A stretch of DNA of 63,305 bases, filler included, from Licmophora abbreviata (taxonomy: Eukaryota), in assembly GCA_900291995.1 (NCBI GenBank). It is 14 parts of 14 records of this genome, joined end to end, with 100 filler letters (N's around TTAATTAATTAA, not from the genome) between each part and the next. Parts side by side here need not be neighbours in the genome. Positions count along the whole stretch, not along the records: positions 1 to 9,945 come from OLMU01004136.1; positions 10,046 to 13,948 come from OLMU01004139.1; 12 more parts are not named here. One strand, given 5' to 3'. The stretch's first letter is position 1. Each line of letters starts with the position of its first letter. Shown piece after piece: positions 1 to 11,865 of the stretch. A program made the translations under genes and the position numbers. A model generated the notes under the pieces. It was not told the origin of the DNA and made no database searches. It saw only the letters and a program-made list of their open reading frames with translations.

Positions 1-3000
1 CGCCGCCTCCTCCTGTATGTCGTCGTCCTCCGTTGCTTCTACGGCTCTCCTCGAGCGCCGCGGACTCGACCCGCGCGTACGATGAGGCACTTCGATGTCT
101 TCTGCGGGACCATGTGATCTCGTGTGGGCCTCGGGCGATCCGATCTCTTCGGGTTCAGCCCAATGCTCTTCTTCGTCGTCCACAGCGTCGGCGATTGTCG
201 GTCTACCAGGAGACAAAGACAGTTCGATTTCTTCGGCGGGACCATGTGATCGAGTGTGGGCTTCCGGTGAGCCAATGCCCGGTACCGCCTCCTCCTGTAT
301 CTCGTCGTCCTCCATTACTTCTGCGGCTCTTCTCGGGCGCGGCGGACTCGAGGCACGTGTTCGTGAATGCAGCTCAATCTCTTCAGCCGGACCGTGTGAC
401 CTGGTATGAGCCTCAGGAGATCCTAGCGCTGCTCTGAACTCCCGTTCAGCTCCGTCATCGAGCATGTCTTCAGCCCTGCTCGACCGCATGGGGCTCGAGT
501 GACTTCTTCTTGCGGTTCCCGTCACATGAATTCGTCGAGAGCTTTGTTCGGGACTGGAATGATCCATAGCATCTACTCGATCATGTGATCTCGTGTGTGA
601 TGCAGGCGAGCCAACGTCTACTATTTGGTGGTCGGGGTTTCCCTCGTCGATTCCAGGATGCTCGCCTTTGCCGCTGATCGAAGCAGCGTCGGCCGCATCA
701 GCACCAGTACCGGAATCTATCTCCATTGTAGCATGGTCTGTTGCAGCTTCTGCAACTTTCGCCTCTTCCTGAGGAAAGAAAACAACATTTCCAGCTGGTA
801 CAGTCTCGTCATCTGTCATAATGCGATCGGAGACTTCTTCAGTGTTCACGATCATCGATACATGTATCGATGCTTCATTGTCGGCGCTCTGGGCAATATC
901 TTCCTTTTGATGGCCTGCTTCAAATGTCGCTTCAAAGCGGGTCGCTCGAGCGACACTCTCCATACTTTCCGGGACTGTCGGAGGCTTCAAATTAGAAGAG
1001 TCGGAAGTAGGAGCAACACTCTTCTCTTCGACGTCGGCTAGGTATCCCTTGGGAACTTCTTGTCCAGTGACAGGCCTTGGAGGTGGGGGCTTCTTCAAGA
1101 CCTCGGAGTTATCTTCCACTTCGGCGTCATATCCAGCGTGATCGCCCTGCCGGGGTTCAGCGTTCGATTTCTTTTTCGCCTTGCCACGCTCATCCGCTTG
1201 ACTCTCATGGTCCAGGTTGAATTCACTGAGGTAGTCCCCTGCCTCCGAAGGAGCACGAGTCGCGTCTGTGACCTCACCGTCTTGGTGGTGATATCCTACG
1301 GCTGGTATCTCATCGACAATTTCTTTTCTCTCATCCTCCCCATGCCCACCAGCTTCCATTTCAGCTTCGCTGAGGTAGCGTCCTATATCGGAGGGCGCCA
1401 CAGCGTCACTCGTGTCATCTCCAGCTTCGAATCTTGGAACAGGTGGGACGGGATTCACAATCCGTGCGGCAAAAGTCGTGTCGACGTCCATCTCTTCTGC
1501 TCCAGCCTCGCTCGAGTACCGCCGCTCCACCGAAGCCGCGACAGAGGCAGTAGAAGCGATATGTGGGTGTTCATCGAGAATTACTCTTCGTTCTGATACG
1601 CTTGCTCGCTCCGGAGAACGAACCGGCGATGCGCTAGCGCTCTGGCCAGCGCTGTATGAGCTCGCCATGAGTGCCGACGCCGCAGGCATACCCGCATCGG
1701 AAGATTCGGCTCCAGCGTGCTCTTCTTCAGAATAGAATGCGCGCTCATCGGCCGCATCCATATCCGAAAAGCTTGGTCCGCCGGCGATCCGTGGTTCTGG
1801 AGGCTGCCTTGGGCGGAAATCTCCAAAGCGACTCATATGGTATCGACGACGGGACTCTGCATCGTCTTCTTCTTCAGTGTGAAAAGCTTCTGACGCTTCC
1901 TCTTCGGTGTGACCCTCTGGCTCGTATCCTGTCTCAACATAGCCCTCGTCTTCACCGTCCTCGGCCTCATTCTCTTCTTCTTCGTCGTCCTCCGTGCTGG
2001 AATTCAACTCAATGACAAGCTGGCCGTCTTTCGGTTCTTCGCCCTGCTCTTCCTCGTCCCGAAATTCTTCCTCTTCGTCCACAGAGGACTCATAGTCGAC
2101 TTCCCCTTCTTCTTCGTGGACCGGCTCCATCAACGACAACTTCTTGTCTCGTTCTCCGTCAGAGTCAAATAGAGCCGCGACACTCTGCTCGTCGGCCGTC
2201 TCATCGCCGTCTCGCCGGTCCGAGACGCCAAGTTCCTCTTCCAAGAGCGCCTGTTCGTTGTCATCGTCTTCCATGCCTAGCTCAATTTGTGACGCGGCGA
2301 TCTCTCTTTCTAGTGCCGCACTGGCAGAAATGCCATCATCCGACGCAGGACAAGGCCTCCACAGTTCTCCCAGATCCACCAGACTACTACCGTCAGGCGA
2401 TAATAAGGACGCCGGAATCGGATTCCTCCGTTGCAGAAACTGAATGGCCCAAACCGTGGCATCTCCACCACCACCACCACTCGCACCGAGAGTGGACGGA
2501 AATTCTTCCCAGAACCGTTCAATCCCTCGCTTCATATCCAACGACGTGTCCAAAAGGAGTCGCAAGACGGTATGTTGAGTTGCCAACGTCACATAGGCCA
2601 GTTCGGCGGCGCCCGTAGTACTCGTCGTCATGCGGCGGTGCACAGTCGCCTGGTGGATGACATTTTGATACCATTCCACCATGACATCGACTCCCAGACC
2701 CCGTCCCAGCTGCTTGCTGACAATTGATATAAGCTTGGTTCGTTTCCACTGATACCTTGCAGAATGTGGTTCATTGCCATCGAGAAACACATCGCCCTGA
2801 TTCATCAAGTAAGAGAAGACATGTGACCACATTTGGGCTTTTGTCGATTCGTCCAAGGCCGTGCAGAGCTCCACCTTGTGACACAAGTCGCAACCCCACG
2901 AGAACTCATCCTTCATCAGTAGCACTTGAAGACGCACAAGAAAGGGATATCCAGGATGGGAAATGCAGTCACGGCGCTTTGCCCTGTCGGTGGTGTCACA

Positions 3001-3657
3001 CACCAACGCCTGCAGTGGTACAACTATTGGATCGCTATCGGTTTGTCGTCGCTCTTGCTCCAGCACCTGTTGCCGCAATCGATACTCGACACTGTGCACG
3101 AATCCAAAGCCGACGAGTCGTTTACAGGCTCGTGCCGTAGCGTCGTATGTAGCATCACCGGCAGCAGCACTTGTAGTAAGAGTCCACTGAAACAGAATGT
3201 CGAGGCAGTGAGCCACAAGGGCATCCCGGGAGAGACATGTCGCGCTCGTCATGAGATAAATGGAGCTGCATGTTTAAAAGTAGAGTAAGAAAACTGAAAA
3301 TGAGCGAAAACCAAAGCAGTGTCGATGTTGTTACTGCTGTCGCCACACTTACTTGGTCGTCTCGAGCAAATTGACAATGCCCTCTGCTGTCAATCCTTGC
3401 AGTGGGACCCCCACAGAAGGACCGGTAGTAGTTTTCTTCGTCATAAAGACGACTACTCCATCCTCATCACTACCACCATCGTCACGATTACTAGTACCGC
3501 GTCGTTGGTGTTGTTGTTCCATACAGTCCAGTGCAAACAAGGCGAGTCCAGCCGACATACTGGCACTCGATGACGCAATCTGAGGAAAGTCAGTTTTCAA
3601 CATGGATTCCGCCATGGAGGAGACTGCTGTCCACTGCAGTGCTGAAGTCTCGTTATC

Positions 3658-3689
<32 letters not shown>

Positions 3690-4324
3690 GCACTAGTAGA
3701 TACTCGCAAGCCATGTAGGCCGTCATGCACACGACAGTCGCATACCACTGCAAAGAGGAGGAGGAGGATGTCGTATATCCAAGACGCTTGTTGTTGCGGC
3801 GACAACGGCGAGAGGCTTCTTCTTGCAAGGAAGAAAAGAATTCCATCCATGGAATGCATTTAGTAGTGATAGTAGTAGTATTACTGGTGAAGAGACGACT
3901 TGGCAAACACAAGTCCGACACAAACGAAGATTGCACCATATCACTAGTACTGCCTCTCCAAAAGGACGGCAGTGGTCCATACGTCATACGACAGTAGGCC
4001 AAGAATTTCATCCAGCAGGCTCGTTGCAGACACGTTTCGTAATAGTCTCGTTCTTGCTGTGTAATGGAAGTCTTCAAGGTGAGTGGCAGCAAGTGTTGAG
4101 TTTCCAGCGTCACGTGGTCGATGAATTCTTGAAAGTCGTGCAAGGACGATGAATGTTCCAAAAGATCCACGAGCATCTCTTGAATGATTTTCATGACGTC
4201 GTCCAAGTCGGGTCGCAGCAAAGATGAGGGACCTGTCGTTGTAAGTAGTAGTAGTACTAGGAGTAGTACCGGTACGGGCAACAGCAAACACGGTACGCTG
4301 ATGTATAGGACGCAGCGGTGTCAT
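1..4324 (-). CDS. Large (>1300 aa) protein of unknown function: N-terminal helical region with polyQ, then a long acidic low-complexity tail with GSPEAHTRSHGPAEEIE repeats; 3' end lies outside the window
   Basis: Manual minus-strand translation is open from ~3265 to position 1. The ORF track misses it because it has no stop in the window. It joins ORF 3349..4287 through an intron (GTAAGT donor at 3352, TGCAG acceptor ~3266) that restores the frame. Likely ATG at 4324, with a short first intron (GTACCG...ACGACAG). Confidence 0.75.
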
Positions 4325-4813
4325 TTTTCGTTCCTCAACCACGAGACGAAGGAGGATTGCAGCACCGTACTCTAGTGCGACTCTTTCAGAAGGATGATGT
4401 TTCTATTGATGCGATGGATCCAGTCTTGGAACGAGAATCAGCAACAATGGTAGGATGATGTTGTCCATCGTGGATGTGATCTGTGCTGGATTTTCGTGCG
4501 CCGAAAATCAAAAATCAACGAGACCGTGTTTCTCAAGAATTCATCCAACTAAAATGCCGGATTCCTGATTGATTGAGTCGAGTCAAATGAGTCATATGAG
4601 TCGAACCAGTCATATGATAATGAAGCAATGCAATTTGTCCGTCCGTGTGTCCCCTCGCTATCTTCAATCTCGAGTGCGGCCGGGTCTTTCCTGAACCATG
4701 GTCATGAATCATTCTTGCTGTGACGGCCGTTCCGTTTGTCGCCTTGTGTGTCTCTCTGTTTCTTTCCACAACACACAAACTACAGTGACTGTACCTTCTT
4801 CTAAAGTTTCAGC

Positions 4814-7727
4814 ATGTGGGGAGACTTGGCAGGTCGCGTCGCTCAAAATTTGAAAGAAAATGCCGGAGATTTGCGCGGTGCATTGCACAACGTAGCACAA
4901 GTCGTGGCGCCTCCCTTGAACGACGACGACGACGACGACGACGATGAGGAATACGAGTACTATGAGGAAGCCGATGACGAGGATCTTGACGGAGACTACT
5001 ACTATGAAGAAGAGGAGATCACTGAAGGCAACGACGACAAGACGGGATTCTCGTCGTTTTTGCAGCATGCCCTGGACGATGAGGAAGCAGAGCACCAGGT
5101 TCATGTAGAGCAAGAGCAGCGCTTGATGAAGCATCAGCTTTTGACGGACGAGCGGCCTGTGGTGGTCGATACTTATGAAAATGATGACGACGACGACGAT
5201 GAGATTGTTGACTTGGGCCGAGGAAATAGCGATACTGGGATGACAGGCGGCGTTACTACGGCTCCTACTAACATCGTCCGTAGTGGTGCTGGTCCTCGAC
5301 CTGATGATGAGAGAATCTCACCCTTGATTCCTAAAGATGTCGTGTCAGAAACCTTTGTCTCGCAGAACCCCACTTTGACAAACTCAAATACTACTGCCGA
5401 ATTGCACTCCCGAGCCGATGCATTGATACAAGCACGACGAATGGCACGTTTGGAACAGGAAACGAAGTCCAACGAACGGCCCGCACCGACCGAAGGGACT
5501 GCGGTCACTCCACTTCCTACTGCAAGTAGGACTAAAACTACTGATGATGTTGAGGTAGTAGCAATGAAGAACGAAAAGCCACCAGTAACCAAGACACGCT
5601 TGTCTGTCCCCAGCATGCCGGGTCATACAACCAAACAACACGCAACGACGTCAACAACTGCATCTGTGGCTACAGTCAAGGAGGAACAGCACAAAGAAGC
5701 GGTGCCAGTGCAGCAGCAGAAAGCAACTGAAGACAAGAGGCAAAAAGCAATAACGACTCCTCCATTGCGATCATTGGAGCAAGTGCCATCGGCCCTCCCG
5801 CCGAAAGTAGTAGCAAATGGTGCAAGGGCGACGGCAGCCACTTTGAACACCAGCAACAGCAGTCGACTACGAACTGAGATCGAATCAGAGCCGCAAACGT
5901 CGTCTACCCCGACCATCAAGGACGTGGAACCGCCACTACAACAAAACCAACCGTCATCATCCTCTTCGTCCTCTCTTCGCAAAGGACTTGGAGAAGCAGT
6001 GTCAGGATCTGCAGCAACAATTGAGTCATGCGGAACGGCACATTGTGGAATTGCAGCAAGATATGGCGAGACGCTTGGACGAAGAAGAGCAGTGGAGAAG
6101 TCGACATGCCGAACAATTGCAGCTCGAGCAAGCGCGCATGGTGGAGGCGGCCACCGAGTCCGTTACGACTGAACACAAGCGGGAACTGCAAGAATTGAAG
6201 GAGTCTTTCCAGTTCGAACAGTTAAGTTTGGAGCGACAGCTGCAAGAGGAACAGAACGTGTCAAAACAACAGACGGTGGAGCTTGAGAGACTGCTCAGGG
6301 AAACGCAGGCGCGTCTGGATGCGGCTGAAGCGGCTTCGCAGAATGCTTTGGCGAAACAGGAAGCCTCGGCCGCCCAAGAGCAAAAGCGCCAGACTCGTTC
6401 TGTACGTATGGCCGAAGATAAGCTGGCGCAGACACGAGCGTTGCTCGATGAGCGCGTGGATGAAGTGAAAGAGCTCAAGGCTTCTATCAAGAAAATGAAA
6501 GCGACCATGCACGAACACAATGCAGGGTTCGCTGAGGCGGAGGAAGAAATGGATGAGCTGCATACCGAGAACGAAACCTTGCGACAGACTGTACACGACT
6601 TTGAAATTGAACGAGAAGAATGGAAAAAGCAAATTGATCATCTAGAGACACAAAGAGAGAAGATGGCCGGATTGCAGGTAAGGTCCATGATCGACTGTTG
6701 GTGGCATTGATATCGTGGGAGTCTCCTCATGACTATGCGTCGCCCCCCTTTTCGTGACCTTACTTAAGATGGAGATCAAGATGCTTCGAGAAGAGCGAGA
6801 TCGTGCAGTTGCCAAGAATGTGTCGGTCTCTGTCAATGCCGAGAGCAGCCAAGCCGAACTCGAATCCGAGAGAGATGCGGCACTAGCACTTGCGCGGGAT
6901 GTAGAACAGCAGCTCAAGGCCTCGCTCGCTGATCTCGATGTAGCAAATTCAGACACGGCTCGAGTAATGAAAGCCAATGAAAACCTCCAAAATGCTCTGG
7001 AAGCGTTTCAGAGCGAGCGTGATGCCGAGCTTGGCTTGATGGGTGAACAAAGAGCCGCTGCAGACGAAGCAATTGCGGCAGCTCATGCAGCGGCGATCGA
7101 GGCGACACATGAAGCGAATGAGGCTCGTATGAGAGAAGTGCAGGCGGCCGCTGACACAGCTGTCAAGAATACAATGGTCCATGTAGAGTCGTTGGAGTCG
7201 AAGTTGGAGGTAAGTGAATCAGCGAGCAAAGCAAGGAGTATTCCGAGAGCCACATCCCCACTCACTACAATGTCTTATCCAAACAATTCTTTCAGGAATA
7301 CCGAAAGGACAACTTCCAGTTGCGCCGATCGTTGGACGAAGCGATCAGCCGCTTACAGACGAGCCAGGAAGATGTGATCGATCGAATCCTTATGAAGAAT
7401 ATCCTTCTGGACTGGTTCGCCAAGACTGGTAAAGGAAAACGCGATGTACTAGAGGTTATGGCCAGCCTCCTCCACTTCACGGACGAAGAAAAGGACAAGG
7501 TTCACATCGGCGACAGTCATGGAGCCCTGGGCAGCATCGTGGATGCCGTCACTGCGCCACTCCCACCATCGAAAGCCGACATTGACCACCTTCAAGGCGA
7601 CACAGTGAGAGAGAAGTGGGTTAACTTTTTACTCGCTGAGATTGGCGAGGACGAGGAGGGTGCTGGAGACGATGCGAAAGCGGCGACGAATGGGGAAGTG
7701 TCCACTATAAATGACACCAATCAGTAG
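4814..7727 (+). CDS. Golgin-like coiled-coil protein with C-terminal GRAB domain (GMAP-210/Rud3/GC3-GC4 type)
   Basis: Acidic N-terminus, long E/Q/K coiled coil, and C-terminal DVIDRILMKNILLDWF...KRDVLEVMASLLHFTDEEK. Introns 6678..6768 and 7210..7295 (GT-AG). One +1 frameshift at AAAGG 5981..5985; removing a base gives LRKDLEKQ. Confidence 0.8.
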
Positions 7728-7770
7728 TAGCGACGAGTCTTATTAGTATTGCGTCGTAGCGATTCCTGCT

Positions 7771-9945
7771 CTAGTTATTGATGGTGCTCAGCAACTTGAC
7801 GCTAGCCTCGACCCGTTTCCTGGTCTTTTCCAATGTCGCCTTCTTATATTCGTCGAAATCGCCACGGAATCGGGTCGCATGTCCTTCACCGACCACCCAG
7901 AGCTCACGACAAGTGTTCGTAATAAAGAATTGGTCATGGCTGACGACCATGAGTCCACCGCGATAATCTTGCACGGCGGCGACGAGAGCATCGATACTCT
8001 CCATGTCAAGGTGATTCGTAGGCTCGTCCATTACAATTACATGCGGCTTCTGATAGGCTAGCGTTGCAAAAGCGACCCTCGATTTCTGACCACCCGAAAG
8101 TAGAAACATGGGTTTCAAAGCGTCCGACCCTTGAATCTGAAATCTTCCGAGGAAGGACCGCATCTCTTGATCTTCTGCGTCGTCAAAGAGATTCAGCATG
8201 TTCTCCACGGAAGAAAGCTGTAGGTTAAACTTGTCAGCACTGTGCTGAGTGAAATGTCCGATTCGAAGGCGACCGTTGCGGGAAACTGATCCCTTCTTGG
8301 ACTCCAAGAGGCCTAAAATAAGATTCAATAGCGTACTTTTTCCTGCGCCATTTGCTCCCAAGATTCCAATTCGTGACGAAAGATCGACACCAAAGTTCAC
8401 CTTTTGCAACAAGAATTCGCTCTCTGGTTTCTTCTCGCCGTCCGGACCAACGGGGGTGTAATCAAACGTCACGTCATCGACTGATATAATGGGCCGCCCA
8501 AGCGGTTCCGGATTCGGAATCGAAAAACGCCAGACTTGCTCCATCTCCACGGGCTCTGGCGCCTCCGCATCCATCTTCTCAACCGTCTTGATGCGACTCT
8601 GTACCATCGACGCTCGCTTGGCATTGGCTCGAAACTTTTCAATGAATTCCATTAGGTGTGCTCGTTTGTCTTGATAGGCCTGGTAGACGCGCATTGTGTT
8701 TTTGACTTTTTCGTCGCCGTCTTGACGTACGAATCGTAATTGCCGCGGTAGTCTAGAGTTGTCACATGCGACGTGAGAAAGGTGGTTCGTACGGGCTTAC
8801 ATCCAATACGTACTGCACGCACTTACAAGTCAACTTGAGCTTTTTGAATTCCACAATGTCGGTGCACACCTCGTTGAGAAAGCTTCGGTCGTGACTGACC
8901 ACAATCAGAGTATGTTTATAATCGACTAGGTACTCTTCCAACCACAATACCGCCTCGAGATCCTGCAAAGTGTTGGGGACGAATTCACGAAGCAATGAGT
9001 CCAGTCAGTCCGCGCGAGAGTGAGATTGCAAACTACAGTAGCAACAGGACACACACACACCCCGACTCATGCAGCAACACCTACCAAATGATTGGTCGGT
9101 TCGTCCAACATGAGTAGATCCGGTTCGATAAAGAGAGCCGCGGCCAGTGCGACACGCATGCGCCACCCTCCCGACAGGGCCGACGTCGGCCCTCGTTGCA
9201 TATCATTTGTAAATTGAAGACCGCTGAGAATCATGGCGGCCCGTGCTTCGGCCGAATCGGCCGAGAGGACCTGTAGCCGAGCATAGACTTGATCGAGTTG
9301 GATCAAGTCTTGTTGAAACGAGGAAGAGGAAGCAGTAGTTTTCTGTTGCTGTTTCAAGAGCCGTTCTCGTTTTTCCTTGACGGAAGACGACGGTCCCTTG
9401 TCGGCCTCTTCTGTACTACGAGTAGAAGAAGTAGTAGTAGTACTCTCACTCTGCGTCTCATCATTCTTCTCCAATCTCTGTAAAATTTCTTGTTCTTGTT
9501 GCAAGAGCGCCAGTCGTTCTACATCCGCCTGTAGTACAGCTTGCAAGACGGGAGTGTCATTCCCAACACTCTTGAGTTCCTGTCGGACATGCAATACCCG
9601 CAAATGACGAGGAAATCCTTCCAATTCCATAGCCGCAATGGCCTTTAACAATGTCGTCTTGCCACTGCGCGCATGTGCGAACATGTGTATGTACAAAGGG
9701 CGCGTGAGTACGTATACAAAATGAGGAGTCTCCCACATTCCTATTCCACATGGACATACGTACACTCCATTCTTTCCCACCAGCCCATATCGCCTTCGAT
9801 AGGCCAATTTCAAGTCTCCATGATCCAACAAGGACGTTCCGTTGTCCAAAGACAAGGATATATCTCGCACTTGAATATCTCGTTCATTCCTGCCACTGCT
9901 ATAGTCTGGCAAGACCATACTCGACACGACGCCTGTAGTAGTAGT
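7771..9945 (-). CDS. ABC-F family ATPase (ABCF3/GCN20-like), 5' truncated by gap
   Basis: Two ABC domains and no TM segments: GKNGVGKTT, LSGGWRMR, LDEPTNHLD, then GANGAGKST, LSGGQKSR, MDEPTNHLD. Introns 9665..9763, 8963..9084, 8753..8826. One-base frameshift near 8716. Confidence 0.92.
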
Positions 9946-10045
9946 NNNNNNNNNNNNNNNNNNNNNNNNNNNNNNNNNNNNNNNNNNNNTTAATTAATTA
10001 ANNNNNNNNNNNNNNNNNNNNNNNNNNNNNNNNNNNNNNNNNNNN
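9946..10045. other. Artificial contig linker (44 N + TTAATTAATTAA + 44 N), first of 13. Others start at 13949, 18586, 20320, 29162, 40969, 44232, 45990, 50422, 53527, 55171, 58755, 62155
   Basis: Identical 100-nt cassette each time, with a 12-mer giving stop codons in all six frames. Confidence 0.99.
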
Positions 10046-10450
10046 CTTATTGTGACTGTGCTCCAGCTGAATTTTTGTGATTTTGTTCTCTATTCCAAAA
10101 TTTGGAAAATGTCATGACAGTTTTGAACTTCAACAACGATAGCACGATGGAATTCTGTTCGGTCCGTCCGGCTGTGCGATACCAATGACGACGAACGAAA
10201 TGCGGAAGTTTGAAGTTTGGAAAATCCGAATCAGGGCAAAAATTGAAAATGGCGAGATAAGAGATGAGCCATTTTGCGTGATGACGATGCCACCGGTATG
10301 CTCAAAACGACTCGACTACCTCACTTCTCACCAAAACTGCCTTGACTACTACTACTACTTTGCTCTTTTAAAATATCAAGACTGGCTTCTCGAGACACAC
10401 TCTTAGTTAGGTTGACTGAAACATTGAAATGCGAAACATATGATACGATC

Positions 10451-11596
10451 ATGATGAGAAGACGAGACACTACCGCCGCACCGACGAAAGCTGGAGGCAC
10501 TCGCCATCTAGAGCGACATTCGACTAGCAAGAGTGAAAGGCGCAGATTGATGATGGGATCTCCTCCGAACTCATCGCGAGAAGTGAGATTAATCGCGTGC
10601 ATCGCCATAGGCTTGACACTCCTGCTTCTGCTGGTCCTGCTAGTCGGCACGCCGCCGACAAGAACATCTGAGTTTCTTCATGTTCGAAACCCATCATCAC
10701 CCGGACAACTTCCAAATCTGTTATTGGCAGGACCTCAGAAGGCAGGAACGACGTCCATTTTCACCTACTTGGAAAGCCTTAATAAGAATGATAACGTCGT
10801 TTGTATCTCTCGTCGATTCAGTCGGAACGAGCCATCGCGGTATGAGAAAGAAGTTCATTTCTTTGACGACAGCAGTCGCTACAAGCTGGGGCTGCAATTC
10901 TACAAGGACCGTTTTCGTCACTGTGGTGAGCAGTATTCCATCGTTGTGGATGGATCACCAAAAACATTGGGATGTACCAATCGAGTGTACGAAACCTACA
11001 AGGAGGACGGGACATTGGACCAAGTCAAAATGATTGTTGTCTTGAGGGAGCCGGTACGTCGAGAAATTTCGCAATACAATATGTTCTTGCGAAATCGTCA
11101 AGCTCCAGCATCGCAACAACACCGTGTGACTCCGGACACACGAGGCTACATTACTCATGAAGATGGAACCTTCTTGACGTTTGAAGAATACGCGGAGACT
11201 CATGTTATTCCGCATGTCATTCAAGGGACAAAGAATCAAGGCTTGTATGGAGTCTTCCTGAAAGACATGTTCGAGCTGATCCCGAATCGCAAGCAGATAC
11301 TTGTGCTATCCTTTGACGAGATGAGTACCAACCAGACGACATTTTTGCGACGCATCCATCAATTCCTTGATTTACCTATGCCCAGTGATGAAAGTTCAAT
11401 TGCTCTGCCGGCCACGAACAGTGAACACGACTGGTGGAAAGACATCGTACCGCCGTGTGCCATTCAGGACAAGCTCGCTCTCTATTACGAAGAATCAAAT
11501 GCTCAGGCCTATGATTTGCTGGATAAATATCCTGGTCCAGATATGGAGCAGCGCCCATTCCCTCGATATCAGTATCGTTGCGAAGAGGAATCTTGA
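10451..11596 (+). CDS. Type II membrane (Golgi) sulfotransferase, heparan-sulfate 3-O-sulfotransferase/NDST-like
   Basis: N-terminal TM (IACIAIGLTLLLLLVLLV), 5'-PSB motif LLAGPQKAGTTS, KEVHFFD, and 3'-PB motif VVLREPVRREISQYN. Confidence 0.85.
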   Translation: MMRRRDTTAAPTKAGGTRHLERHSTSKSERRRLMMGSPPNSSREVRLIACIAIGLTLLLLLVLLVGTPPTRTSEFLHVRNPSSPGQLPNLLLAGPQKAGTTSIFTYLESLNKNDNVVCISRRFSRNEPSRYEKEVHFFDDSSRYKLGLQFYKDRFRHCGEQYSIVVDGSPKTLGCTNRVYETYKEDGTLDQVKMIVVLREPVRREISQYNMFLRNRQAPASQQHRVTPDTRGYITHEDGTFLTFEEYAETHVIPHVIQGTKNQGLYGVFLKDMFELIPNRKQILVLSFDEMSTNQTTFLRRIHQFLDLPMPSDESSIALPATNSEHDWWKDIVPPCAIQDKLALYYEESNAQAYDLLDKYPGPDMEQRPFPRYQYRCEEES

Positions 11597-11865
11597 ACGT
11601 ACATATTGTTTCGGAGTACCAGGTACCGTCATCCACTGTACCCTACAAGCTATTCGCTGCCTTGCCTGACTGCCTAAACTGCCGGTATGATACCAAGTAC
11701 ATAAAACATGATCTACTCTTGTACGGTATATTATGTAGTATCCATTCATTGTTGACCGACGCGGGTGCACTGTGTGGGCGTTGTTGATTTCGAATTGGAA
11801 TCTACTAACCGTATGATATGTCCTGTACCTGGTATCATGGTCCTGGAAGGAAAGCTCTCGATCAC

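Noticed and set aside
33..3288. Many plus-strand ORFs in the track
   Set aside because: Antisense shadows of the long acidic minus-strand gene.
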